NCBI GenBank assembly: GCA_041303595.1
Contig: JBFYOW010000001.1
Span: forward strand, 1-51,477
Origin: Actinomycetes bacterium
GTDB taxonomy: Bacteria > Actinomycetota > Actinomycetes > Nanopelagicales > Nanopelagicaceae
DNA: 51,477 nt
Direction: 5' to 3'
In this document: positions 19,969 through 29,308 of the stretch, piece by piece
How the letters are laid out: every line of letters begins with the position of its first letter
Numbering within the stretch: the first letter of the stretch is position 1
Notes under the pieces: model-generated
Told to the model about the DNA's origin: nothing
Databases searched by the model: none
The model's input: the letters and a program-made list of their open reading frames with translations, nothing else
Position numbers and translations under genes: made by a program

Positions 19969-21669
19969 TTAACCGGCCACAAGTGTTGTTTTAAATTCTG
20001 TACTTCCACGTCCACGAACTGCTGCGTTGATAATTCCCATCACAGATAGAACTATGACAATTAGCAATGTACAGAGTGCAAATGCTGGGCCGTAACGTCC
20101 CGAATCCGACTCTGCCAAAATCTTCTGAGTGAGAATTGGTGTCTCTGGTGTTGCAATAAAGAGAACTGGTGAAAGTGTTGTCATTGAACGGGCAAAGGCA
20201 AACATCAGACCAGTAAGAAAAGCGCCCTTGATTAATGGGAGGGAGACTTTTCGGAAGGTGCGAGATCCAGATGCACCGAGGGAGGCAGACGCTTCATCTA
20301 GCGATGGATCAATCTGCTGCAGCGCTGCGATTCCAGAGCGCTGACCAGCCGGGCTTGAGCGAATCGTGTAGACCATCATGATCGCAATGGCGCCACCGAG
20401 AATCGCTCCTCCACCAGCTAATTGAGGGATTATCGTGATTCCACCAATCTTGAGCGGCTCGTTGAAGGTCACTGCATAACCGATTCCAAGAACTGTTCCA
20501 GGCACTGCAATTCCGAGCATGCCTAGGAAATCAAGGGCATCGGCGCCGCGCTTCAACTTTCGGATGATTAACCAAGCCATCACCATTCCCATAAAACCAG
20601 CTAGTGGTGTGGCGATTGAGGCCATAATGACCGTTGATTTCAGTGCATCATTTGCGATTCCACTGAAGATATAACGATAATGATCAAGGGTGAAGGTGTT
20701 ATTTACTCCCAAGATTTTGATAAATGCGCCGAGAATTACTGCCAAGTAGATCATTACGATAAAGGCCGCTACTGACCAACCAAATATCAAAAGGGGAGCT
20801 TTTGCTACCTTGGACTTAATCGGTGCGATTTGGCCAGATGGCTTACCGGTTACCGATACAACGCTCTTCTTCTGCGACCAATAACGTTGAACAATAAAGA
20901 CCAGAAGGGCAGGAAGTAAAAGCAGCGCAGAATAAGCTGCACCGGCAGAGACATCATATTCGCCATTGATTGCAATATATGCTCGAGATGAAAGCACCAT
21001 GTAGTCACCACCAATCACGAGTGGGTTGGCGAGATCGGCAATTGCTTCAACAAAGAGAAGGAGGAATGAACTTGTGATTCCTGGAATTAAGAGCGGAAGA
21101 GTCACAGTACGGAAAATTCGGAACTTACTAGCACCAAGGCTTGATGCTGCTTCGTCAATTGCAGGATCTAAACTGCGCATCATTCCAACTAAGTTGAGAT
21201 AAGCGACCGGAAAGTATGAAGCGCTGAGAACGATGACGAGACCTGGATATCCATAGAGCATCGGAGTCTTCCCAAGTAAGTCATGAGAAATAATTCCGCT
21301 GCGTCCAAAGAGAACAATTACTGCTGTTGCAAATGCAAATGGTGGCGATACAAGTGGAACAAGGGCAAGGATATGAAGTATTTTCTTCCCGCGAAATTCA
21401 ACGCGAACTTGAATATAGGCGAGGATAAAACCAACCAAGGTACCAAAGAAACCAACACTGATCCCTAGCCAGACGGTGTTCTTAATCGTTCCCCGAATGA
21501 CAGGATTAGAGAACACGCTCTTGAAGACATTGGTACCTGTTGGTTTTGTCGATTCAAAGAGGATGCTTAGTACGGGTACAACAATCAAGAGAGAGATGAT
21601 TGCAACGACTGCAACAATCGCCACCTTTGTGAAGATATCGAATTTTGCACCATGCTTCTTTAGCGCCAT
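19969..21669 (-). CDS. ABC transporter permease, duplicated FbpB/AfuB type
   Basis: Two EAA loops (DEAASSLGAS, DEASASLGAS), about 12 TM helices. Confidence 0.92.
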   Translation of the reverse strand: MALKKHGAKFDIFTKVAIVAVVAIISLLIVVPVLSILFESTKPTGTNVFKSVFSNPVIRGTIKNTVWLGISVGFFGTLVGFILAYIQVRVEFRGKKILHILALVPLVSPPFAFATAVIVLFGRSGIISHDLLGKTPMLYGYPGLVIVLSASYFPVAYLNLVGMMRSLDPAIDEAASSLGASKFRIFRTVTLPLLIPGITSSFLLLFVEAIADLANPLVIGGDYMVLSSRAYIAINGEYDVSAGAAYSALLLLPALLVFIVQRYWSQKKSVVSVTGKPSGQIAPIKSKVAKAPLLIFGWSVAAFIVMIYLAVILGAFIKILGVNNTFTLDHYRYIFSGIANDALKSTVIMASIATPLAGFMGMVMAWLIIRKLKRGADALDFLGMLGIAVPGTVLGIGYAVTFNEPLKIGGITIIPQLAGGGAILGGAIAIMMVYTIRSSPAGQRSGIAALQQIDPSLDEASASLGASGSRTFRKVSLPLIKGAFLTGLMFAFARSMTTLSPVLFIATPETPILTQKILAESDSGRYGPAFALCTLLIVIVLSVMGIINAAVRGRGSTEFKTTLVAG

Positions 21670-21699
21670 TTACTGCCCTTCAAAAATTATAAAGTGAGA

Positions 21700-21731
21700 A
21701 GGGATCCCGGGCTAACCTGCCCGGGATCCCT
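21700..21731 (-). terminator. Intercistronic stem-loop after the second binding-protein gene
   Basis: AGGGATCCCGGGC-TAACCT-GCCCGGGATCCCT, a perfect 13-bp stem. Confidence 0.75.
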
Positions 21732-21743
21732 AACTCGAATTAA

Positions 21744-22889
21744 CTAGCTCTTAGCCTGGGAACGGTTGATGATCTCTGCATCAAACTTTGCTGTGAGCGC
21801 AGTCTTTGATGTAGCTGCCTTGTCGAAGTCGTAATCAACAATCTTCAACTTAGCGAGCTTCACCATGCGAGAGTCCTTACGTGCGTAAGGGTTTGTAAGG
21901 ATCTGATATGCACCAACTCCTACGCCAAGGTTCTGTGCCTCTGTTGACAATGTGAAATCAACATATGCCTTTGCTGCTTCTGGGTTCTTTGCACCCTTGA
22001 TCAACGCAACGCCACCAATTTCATAGCCTGTTCCCTCTGATGGGAATGAGACCTTCAATGGGAAGCCCTGCTCTGCTCCGTAAACACAGTCATGTGAGAA
22101 GACAAGACCAACTCCTACTTCACCGCGACCTGCGATAGCAACTGGGCCAACGCCTGACTTGGTGTAGTAGAGAACGTTCTTGTGGAGATTAGCATGGTAT
22201 GCCATTGCAGCTGTCTGACCCATACGTGTCACGTTTGTCCATAGGGCGGTAAACGATGTACCTGAAGTTGCTGGGTGAGCTGTTGAAATCTGCCCCTTGA
22301 GCTTTGGGTTCAAAAGTGATGCCCATGAAGTTGGAACAGCTACGCCAAGCTCCTTAAGCACTTCTGTATTTGAACAGAAGCCTAGTGCGCCGACATAAAC
22401 GCCAGTCCAGTATCCATCTGCATCCTTGTAGTTCTTAGGGATCATGTTGCGGCTTGGAGATGCATATGAATCGATAAGGCCCTTAATGCGTGCCACACCA
22501 AAACCATCGACTGGTCCACCGTGCCATACACCGAACTCTGGATTCGATTTAAATGCTTCAAGGCGAGCTGTTGTTTCACCTGATGATAGGCGGACGAAAG
22601 ATGTTTTAACACCGGTGCGCTTTTCAAAAGCAGATGTCATTGCGCCACACCAGGCTTCTGTTGCACCACATACAACTGTCAGTGAACCGCTGAGCTTGCG
22701 TCCTTCGCCCCACTTAAGTGAGCCATTCTGACGCTCACATGTATAAGTAACACCTGAGAGCTTACGTACGAGACCTTCTTGCGCACATGACCGACCAGTT
22801 GATCCAGCTGCATTTGCTGGCGCTGCTCCTATTGTGATGAGCGAGAAGCCGAGTGCAGAGATAACTGCACCGATGAGGAACTTCTTCAT
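21744..22889 (-). CDS. ABC solute-binding protein, AfuA-like (probable sugar-phosphate binding), with a small N-terminal two-Cys module
   Basis: LTVVCGATEAWC, RLSSGET, VWHGG, HPATSGTS, YTKSG, FSHD, EGTGYEIGG. Start re-called to ATG 22889 (AGAAAGG SD). Confidence 0.85.
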   Translation of the reverse strand: MKKFLIGAVISALGFSLITIGAAPANAAGSTGRSCAQEGLVRKLSGVTYTCERQNGSLKWGEGRKLSGSLTVVCGATEAWCGAMTSAFEKRTGVKTSFVRLSSGETTARLEAFKSNPEFGVWHGGPVDGFGVARIKGLIDSYASPSRNMIPKNYKDADGYWTGVYVGALGFCSNTEVLKELGVAVPTSWASLLNPKLKGQISTAHPATSGTSFTALWTNVTRMGQTAAMAYHANLHKNVLYYTKSGVGPVAIAGRGEVGVGLVFSHDCVYGAEQGFPLKVSFPSEGTGYEIGGVALIKGAKNPEAAKAYVDFTLSTEAQNLGVGVGAYQILTNPYARKDSRMVKLAKLKIVDYDFDKAATSKTALTAKFDAEIINRSQAKS

Positions 22890-22955
22890 AAGAAACCTTT
22901 CTACAACTACCTTTACGCGCGCCCACATCGAATATATGAGCACTGGGATTGCGCC

Positions 22956-22984
22956 AAAGTAGTACGCAGCACTTGGAAGGTCAA
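22956..22984 (-). promoter_or_regulatory. Sigma70/HrdB-type promoter for the afuABC-like/HAD operon
   Basis: TTGACC-17 nt-TACTTT on the minus strand. Confidence 0.65.
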
Positions 22985-22998
22985 GGATTCATGCGCAT

Positions 22999-24087
22999 TT
23001 AGAGAGATAACTTTTCGTTACGCAGGACTTGCTCGCCATCCCAGACTAGGAAATCAGCGCGAGCACCTTTCTTAATCACCCCGAGATTAGTCTTTCCAAG
23101 CAAGGTGGCTGCATTTGTTGAAGTTGCTCTGACTGCATCAGCCACATTGACTCCGAAATCACTCACGAGCCTGGCAAAAGCGCGATCTAAAGTCAGCGTT
23201 GATCCGGCAAGAGCGCCATTTTCAAGTCGGGCGATTCCATCAGAGACAATTACTGGTAAATCCCCAATGGCGTATTGGCCATCTTCTTCGCCGGCAGCAC
23301 TCATCGCATCAGTTACCAGAATGAGACGAGCTGGATCAATTGCAATTATCTCTCGCACATCTTTAGCTGAAACATGCTCGCCATCGAGGATGAGTTCAAT
23401 TGAAAGTCGTGAATCATCCAGTAACGCTCTGACGAGTTCTCGATCTTGGTCTGGCTTAACCATGGCATTGCTGAAGTGTGTTATCACTGATGCGCCGGCA
23501 TCAACAGCGCTTAAGTATGTCGCCTGTGGCGCTGCGGTATGTCCGATTGCTGCAATAACGCCACGATTTGAGAGCTCTCTAATGCACTCGATTGCACCAT
23601 CTAGCTCAGGAGCAATCGTAACCATAACGATTGCGCCTTCACCAGTATCGATGAGTCGAGATAAATCCTCCCACCGAGGATTAATTAGGTTCTCTGCTCG
23701 ATGAGCGCCACATCGATTCTTTGAGAGATATGGGCCTTCTAAATGAATTCCAGCGATAGCACCGGATTTAAATAGTGGGATCAGTTCTTGAATTTGTTTC
23801 TGTAAAATCTCTAATGGCTCACTCACAAGCGAGGCAACTACGGTGCCGGTTCCGTGAGCTCGGTGAAATTTAATCGCATTCTCGCGATTCTTTTCTGAAA
23901 AGTATGAACCGCCTCCGCCGTGACAATGGATATCAATAAACGATGGTATGAGCGTTCCAGAGATCAATACATCTGGTAAGGGATGTGGTGACTTACCAAT
24001 CTCAGTGACAATCCCACCTTCGACGCTCACCCAACAATCACGGAGCAGCTCGCCTTCAATAACTGCACGAGCGGATTGAATAATCAC
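22999..24087 (-). CDS. nagA: N-acetylglucosamine-6-phosphate deacetylase
   Basis: FIDIHCHGGGG, GIHLEGPY, VTIAPE, AIGHT, THFSNAM, LVTDAM, LAGSTLT. Confidence 0.93.
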   Translation of the reverse strand: MIIQSARAVIEGELLRDCWVSVEGGIVTEIGKSPHPLPDVLISGTLIPSFIDIHCHGGGGSYFSEKNRENAIKFHRAHGTGTVVASLVSEPLEILQKQIQELIPLFKSGAIAGIHLEGPYLSKNRCGAHRAENLINPRWEDLSRLIDTGEGAIVMVTIAPELDGAIECIRELSNRGVIAAIGHTAAPQATYLSAVDAGASVITHFSNAMVKPDQDRELVRALLDDSRLSIELILDGEHVSAKDVREIIAIDPARLILVTDAMSAAGEEDGQYAIGDLPVIVSDGIARLENGALAGSTLTLDRAFARLVSDFGVNVADAVRATSTNAATLLGKTNLGVIKKGARADFLVWDGEQVLRNEKLSL

Positions 24088-24148
24088 ACCTAAGATTCTA
24101 GCCCTGACTTCTATACCTTTTATCGCTTAATTCACCTAAACTTAAGAT

Positions 24149-25609
24149 ATGAATAACGAAAGCGCTAAAGTCTCTACCGAAAATAGCGAAATGAAGAAAC
24201 GTATCCATGATCAAGCTCCTTCTGAGGTATTCGCAGAATTCATGCGCTCTGGTTGGGCTTCATCGGATTACGATGATCTTGAGCCACTTGAAGTAGTCAC
24301 CTACGCATTCGCACGTCGCCAAGTTCTCTCTGCTGCATACCCGGGTGTTCGTTTAGTTCTTCCTGCAGGCGGTTACAAAGTTCGCTCAAACGATACGGAT
24401 TATCAGTATCGCCCTCACAGCGCATTTGCTTATTACAGCGGCGTGCAAGGTGCTGATGCAACCGCTGATGCAGTTCTCGTCATGGAGCCAACTGAAGGCG
24501 GTCATTTGACCTATCTCTATATCCATCCACGCTCTACTCGCGATACCGATTCTTTCTACCGTGATGCAAAGTACGGTGAGCTTTGGGTAGGTCGTCGATT
24601 TACCTTGGCAGAAGCAAAGGCTCGCTATCAAATCGATACTCGCCTAGTTAACGACCTCGAGGCTTTCCTTAAGGACGGTGCGGAAACTTTAATTATTCGC
24701 GGTGAAGACCCAATGGTCGATGGTGCAGTCAAAAAGCATAAAGGTGAAGAAGATTTCTTGATCTTTACATCAGAGCAGCGCCTCGTTAAAGATGAATACG
24801 AACTCCGCGAGATGCAGAAAGCAGTCGATGCCACCGCGCTTGGATTTAACGATGTCATCTCAGTGATGCCAGCAGCGGTTGCTACTCCACGCGGAGAGAG
24901 AGTCCTGGAATCTGCCTTCTATGGTCGCGCTCGTGTTCTCGGAAATGATCTCGGCTACAGCACCATCGTAGGTTCTGGCGCTCACGCATGTGTTTTGCAT
25001 TGGATTCGCAATGATGGTGATGTCCATCCCGGCGAACTCGTTCTTGTGGATGCTGGCGTTGAAGTTGAATCCTTCTACACCGCAGATATCACGCGCACCC
25101 TGCCGGTATCTGGAAAATTCACTCCTGCGCAACGCTCTCTATACATGCTCGTATACGAGGCTCAACTCGCTGGTTTTGCAGCGATTAAGCCAGGTGTGAA
25201 ATTTTCAGAGATCAACGCTGCATGCCAAGCAGTTCTTGCGCAAGGTTTGGCAGATATGGGTGTGTTAACTGTTTCTGCTGAAGAGTCACTCAAGCCAGAG
25301 GTCGGGCTACATCGCCGCTGGACTTTGCACGGCGTAAGCCACCACCTAGGTATCGATGTTCACGACTGTGCTCACGCTCGTAAAGAGAATTACCTCGATA
25401 AAGAGCTTGAGGTTGGCATGGTGCTGACTGTTGAACCTGGCTTGTATATCCAGCCTGATGATGAGCTCTTTGCACCGGAATATCGGGGAATCGGTATTCG
25501 TATCGAAGATGACATTGTTGTGACTGAAGATGGTTGCCGCAATCTCTCTGAAGATATCCCACGTCATCCAGATGATATTGAAAAGTGGATGAAGGCAATC
25601 CTCCGCTAA
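24149..25609 (+). CDS. pepP: Xaa-Pro aminopeptidase (aminopeptidase P, M24B)
   Basis: LVDAGVE, YTADITRT, HGVSHHLGIDVHD, TVEPGLY, GIRIEDD. Confidence 0.93.
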   Translation: MNNESAKVSTENSEMKKRIHDQAPSEVFAEFMRSGWASSDYDDLEPLEVVTYAFARRQVLSAAYPGVRLVLPAGGYKVRSNDTDYQYRPHSAFAYYSGVQGADATADAVLVMEPTEGGHLTYLYIHPRSTRDTDSFYRDAKYGELWVGRRFTLAEAKARYQIDTRLVNDLEAFLKDGAETLIIRGEDPMVDGAVKKHKGEEDFLIFTSEQRLVKDEYELREMQKAVDATALGFNDVISVMPAAVATPRGERVLESAFYGRARVLGNDLGYSTIVGSGAHACVLHWIRNDGDVHPGELVLVDAGVEVESFYTADITRTLPVSGKFTPAQRSLYMLVYEAQLAGFAAIKPGVKFSEINAACQAVLAQGLADMGVLTVSAEESLKPEVGLHRRWTLHGVSHHLGIDVHDCAHARKENYLDKELEVGMVLTVEPGLYIQPDDELFAPEYRGIGIRIEDDIVVTEDGCRNLSEDIPRHPDDIEKWMKAILR

Positions 25610-25947
25610 TTAACGATTGCGACGCCCAACCAAGCGGCGAGCAATCCGAAGATTATTGATGCAACGAAGTTAACTAATACTGCGTAATTTCGTTTCAGAC
25701 GAATTCCAAGGTAGAGATCGAGCATAAAGGTCGACCAGGTCGTAAATGAGCCAGCGAACCCAACAGCAATGAAATCAATCTGATCTTCTGCACTGGCAAA
25801 GGTGAGACCAATAGCAAATGAGCCGAGCACGTTGACGATAAATGTACCGACTGGATGATCTGTAAATTTCTTAAAGTATTGATCCACCAAGAAACGTGCT
25901 GGTGCGCCAAGGGCTGAACCAAGTGCAACTAAAAGCGCTGTTTTCAT
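25606..25947 (-). CDS. crcB: Fluoride channel Fluc/CrcB, subunit 2
   Basis: GSALGAPARF, GTFIVNVLGSF, GFAGSFTTWSTF. Confidence 0.9.
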   Translation of the reverse strand: MKTALLVALGSALGAPARFLVDQYFKKFTDHPVGTFIVNVLGSFAIGLTFASAEDQIDFIAVGFAGSFTTWSTFMLDLYLGIRLKRNYAVLVNFVASIIFGLLAAWLGVAIVN

Positions 25948-26294
25948 CGCTGCTTAATGTACTTTCGCGAGAGCGGTAATGAGATTGCTACTGCAGCAAA
26001 GCTAAAAATAATATTGAGTGCAAGAAAGGCCATTCCACCTTCACTCGGCACAACTGCTTCATAGGTAACTGCAGAGAATGTACCGAGTCCGCCGCAGAAA
26101 CCAGGAAGCAAGAAATAGCGCAGAGCAGTTAATCCGCGGCGCTCCATCAAGACCAAGATATGAGCAGCAAAGGCTGAGGCAATGATGTTCGCTGCAAGAT
26201 TTCCTTCGGCCGTGCTAGGCAAAATTGCTCCCAGGAAATAGCGAAAGAGGGAGCCAATGACTCCCCCTGCGCTTACCAGCAATACCGGTTTCAG
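25944..26294 (-). CDS. crcB: Fluoride channel Fluc/CrcB, subunit 1 (start uncertain: CTG 26294 or TTG 26282)
   Basis: GGVIGSLFRY, GNLAANII, GFCGGLGTFS; tandem pair typical of heterodimeric Fluc. Confidence 0.85.
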   Translation of the reverse strand: MKPVLLVSAGGVIGSLFRYFLGAILPSTAEGNLAANIIASAFAAHILVLMERRGLTALRYFLLPGFCGGLGTFSAVTYEAVVPSEGGMAFLALNIIFSFAAVAISLPLSRKYIKQR

Positions 26295-26641
26295 AAGATT
26301 GCCTTCTTCTTTGATGCTTTAAAGACAGTCGTAATCACACTGATGATCAACGATGCAAAGAGAGCTGACCAAAATCCTGTGACGTCGAGCTTCTCGGACC
26401 AACGCGCAGTCAATGACAACATCGCGGCATTAACTACAAAGATGAAGAGTCCAAAGGTCACAATCGAGACGGGAAAGGTGAGAACCTTGATGAGCGAACC
26501 AAAAATTGAGTTAATTAATCCAAAGAGCAGTGCCACCCAGAGATAGGTAGTAAAGCCACCGTTTACTGTAATTCCAGGAACGGCGAGCGTAGCTATCCAC
26601 ATCGCAAAGGCGAGTACTGCCCATCGGATAATTAAGTTCAT
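26291..26641 (-). CDS. 4-TM membrane protein, YvlD/DUF360 ('phage holin superfamily IV') family
   Basis: VALLFGLINS, LTFPVSIVTFGLFIFVVNAAML, GFWSALFASLIIS. Confidence 0.85.
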   Translation of the reverse strand: MNLIIRWAVLAFAMWIATLAVPGITVNGGFTTYLWVALLFGLINSIFGSLIKVLTFPVSIVTFGLFIFVVNAAMLSLTARWSEKLDVTGFWSALFASLIISVITTVFKASKKKAIF

Positions 26642-26644
26642 AAC

Positions 26645-27403
26645 TTAGTTGCGCTTTTCGCGGCGAAGCAGACCACTGAACATGCGTGCAGGGTCGTACT
26701 TAATATCAACCACGCGCTCCTTCATTGGAATAATTGCGTTATCAGTGATCTTGATGTGCTCTGGGCAAACTTCAGTACAGCACTTCGTGATGTTACACAT
26801 TCCAAGGCCATGCTCCTCTTGTGCCGTGCGCTTGCGGTTCTTCAACTTATCCAATGGGTGCATATCGAGCTCTGCAATACGGATAAAGAAGCGAGGACCA
26901 GCGAATGACTTCTTATTCTCTTCATGATCACGGATTACGTGACAAGTGTTCTGACATAGGAAGCACTCAATGCACTTACGGAACTCCTGTGAGCGCTCGA
27001 CATCGATCTGCTCCATGCGAGCCTCACCGGGTGCGAGATCTGTTGGGTGTTCGTACGCTGGAATCTCCATCGCCTTCTTGTAGTTGAAGGAAACATCGGT
27101 AACGAGGTCTTTAATGATTGGGAATGCGCGAAGTGGCGTGACAGTAATGGTTTCATCCTCATCAAAGGATGCAACCTGTGTCATACATGCCAGACGTGGC
27201 TTTCCGTTGATCTCCATTGAGCAAGATCCACACTTACCTGCCTTACAGTTCCAACGAACTGCCAAGTCGCCCATCTGTGTTGCTTGCACACGGTGGATTA
27301 CATCGAGGACAACTTCTCCCTCGTTGACATCAACGACGACATCCTTAAGTCCGCCATCAGTTGAATCACCACGCCAGATACGAAGATTGAGTTTGCGTGT
27401 CAT
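26645..27403 (-). CDS. sdhB: Succinate dehydrogenase/fumarate reductase iron-sulfur subunit (Sdh1 type)
   Basis: RWNCKAGKCGSC, CIECFLCQNTC, CNITKCCTEVCP. Confidence 0.93.
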   Translation of the reverse strand: MTRKLNLRIWRGDSTDGGLKDVVVDVNEGEVVLDVIHRVQATQMGDLAVRWNCKAGKCGSCSMEINGKPRLACMTQVASFDEDETITVTPLRAFPIIKDLVTDVSFNYKKAMEIPAYEHPTDLAPGEARMEQIDVERSQEFRKCIECFLCQNTCHVIRDHEENKKSFAGPRFFIRIAELDMHPLDKLKNRKRTAQEEHGLGMCNITKCCTEVCPEHIKITDNAIIPMKERVVDIKYDPARMFSGLLRREKRN

Positions 27404-29289
27404 TAGTTTGAGCCGCCTTTCGCAATTTCTTCCGGTGTCATGTATTTCTCCAGCTCGTGAATATCGAAGAGCTCGAAGAGCTCTTTCGGCATTGGAGGAA
27501 GTTCGCGTGCAGTAACAGTAACTTCGCTGCCATTAAAGCTGGCGATGTTATTGACCTGACGCCACTTATTATCCATACCTGGGAAGTCATCGCGTGTGTG
27601 ACCTCCGCGAGATTCTTCGCGCAAGATTGCAGATTTAGCAGTTGATTCTGCAACCAACAACATATTGTCGAGATCGAATGCGAGGTGGAAACCTGGGTTG
27701 AACTGACGATTTCCAGCAACGCTTACCTTCTGGCTGCGAGCGCGGATATCGGCAATCTTTGCGATCGCTTCCTTGATTTCTGCACCGGTGCGGATGATTC
27801 CCACCAAGTTATGGGTAACTTCTTGAAGCTCAGCGTGCAATGAGTAAGCATTCTCGCCGCCCTCATTCTTAAATGGGGCCTCAATGCGAGCAGCAGCTGC
27901 GTTGATGGTCGCTTCCGATACTGGATTAGCGCCATTTGCCTTTACATATTCAGCAGCTGCGCCACCTGCGCGACGACCGAAGACGAGCAGGTCTGAAAGC
28001 GAGTTGCCACCGAGGCGATTTGAACCGTGCATACCGCCAGCTACCTCACCAGCCGCGTAGAGCCCTGGGACTCCAAGGGCAGCTGCAGTATCTGGCTCAA
28101 CATCGACTCCGCCCATGACGTAGTGACATGTAGGGCCAACTTCCATTGGCTCCTTGGTGATATCTACGCCAGCGAGTTCATAGAACTGGTGCCACATAGA
28201 TGGAAGGCGCTTCTTAATAACTTCAGCAGATAGGCGCTTTGAAACATCGAGGAATACTCCACCATGCTCTGTTCCGCGACCAGCCTTGACCTCAGAGTTG
28301 ATTGCGCGCGCAACTTCATCGCGAGGCAATAGCTCTGGTGGACGGCGGTTGTTATCTTGATCTTCATACCAACGATCAGCTTCTTCTTCTGTAGTTGCGT
28401 ACTTATCTTTAAATACATCTGGGATGTACTTAAACATAAAGCGCTCACCAAGATTGTTTGTAAGAACTCCACCTTCACCACGAACGGATTCGGTTACGAG
28501 AATTCCGCGAACTGATGGTGGCCAGACCATTCCGGTTGGGTGGAATTGCAAGAACTCCATATCCTTCAAATTTGCACCAGCTTTGAGAGCTAGTGCATGG
28601 CCATCGCCAGTACCTTCCCAGGAGTTTGATGTGATCTTAAATGCCTTACCGACGCCGCCTGTTGCAATAACAACTGCAGGTGCTTCAATCAGAACTTCAT
28701 CACCGTTCTCGCGCCAGTATCCGTAGACACCTGCAACTTTTCCATTCTCTTTAAGAATGTCGGTGATTGTTAGCTCTGCATAAACTTTGAGATTTGCTTC
28801 CATGTCACCGGTTTCGCGACCATCCTTCTGCTGCAACGCAACGATCTTCTGCTGCATTGTGCGGATGAGTTCTAGACCTGTGCGGTCACCAACGTGTGCA
28901 AGACGTGGGTACTCATGTCCACCGAAGTTACGTTGTGAAATTTTTCCTTCCTTAGTGCGATCAAAGAGCGCACCCCACATCTCAAGTTCCCAGATGCGAT
29001 CTGGTGACTCTTTCGCATGGAGTTCTGCCATGCGGAAGTGGTTGAGGAACTTTCCACCGCGCATTGTGTCGCGGAAGTGAACCATCCAATTGTCATTGCT
29101 ATTGGCATTTCCCATTGATGCAGCGGCGCCACCTTCTGCCATCACAGTATGGGCCTTGCCGAATAGTGACTTACAGACGATGGCAACGCGAAGACCAGCT
29201 TCACGCGCTTCTACTGCAGCGCGGAGTCCTGCTCCACCAGCACCGACGATAACAACGTCGTACTTTAATTTCTGAAGATTCTGTGACAT
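27403..29289 (-). CDS. sdhA: Succinate dehydrogenase/fumarate reductase flavoprotein (Sdh1 type)
   Basis: GAGGAG, AHTVMAEGG, QFHPT, HYVMGG, HGSNRLGGNSL, ESRGGH. Confidence 0.95.
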   Translation of the reverse strand: MSQNLQKLKYDVVIVGAGGAGLRAAVEAREAGLRVAIVCKSLFGKAHTVMAEGGAAASMGNANSNDNWMVHFRDTMRGGKFLNHFRMAELHAKESPDRIWELEMWGALFDRTKEGKISQRNFGGHEYPRLAHVGDRTGLELIRTMQQKIVALQQKDGRETGDMEANLKVYAELTITDILKENGKVAGVYGYWRENGDEVLIEAPAVVIATGGVGKAFKITSNSWEGTGDGHALALKAGANLKDMEFLQFHPTGMVWPPSVRGILVTESVRGEGGVLTNNLGERFMFKYIPDVFKDKYATTEEEADRWYEDQDNNRRPPELLPRDEVARAINSEVKAGRGTEHGGVFLDVSKRLSAEVIKKRLPSMWHQFYELAGVDITKEPMEVGPTCHYVMGGVDVEPDTAAALGVPGLYAAGEVAGGMHGSNRLGGNSLSDLLVFGRRAGGAAAEYVKANGANPVSEATINAAAARIEAPFKNEGGENAYSLHAELQEVTHNLVGIIRTGAEIKEAIAKIADIRARSQKVSVAGNRQFNPGFHLAFDLDNMLLVAESTAKSAILREESRGGHTRDDFPGMDNKWRQVNNIASFNGSEVTVTARELPPMPKELFELFDIHELEKYMTPEEIAKGGSN

Positions 29290-29308
29290 TTAAATAATCC
29301 TTATCTTC

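Noticed and set aside
23105-23704. 199-aa plus-strand ORF, and similar antisense ORFs at 16377-16901, 30413-30883 and 42097-42618
   Set aside because: Each lies antisense within a well-supported gene and has no recognisable motifs.
26291-26641. 'Phage holin' as evidence of a prophage
   Set aside because: The YvlD/DUF360 family is commonly chromosomal, and there are no phage genes nearby.
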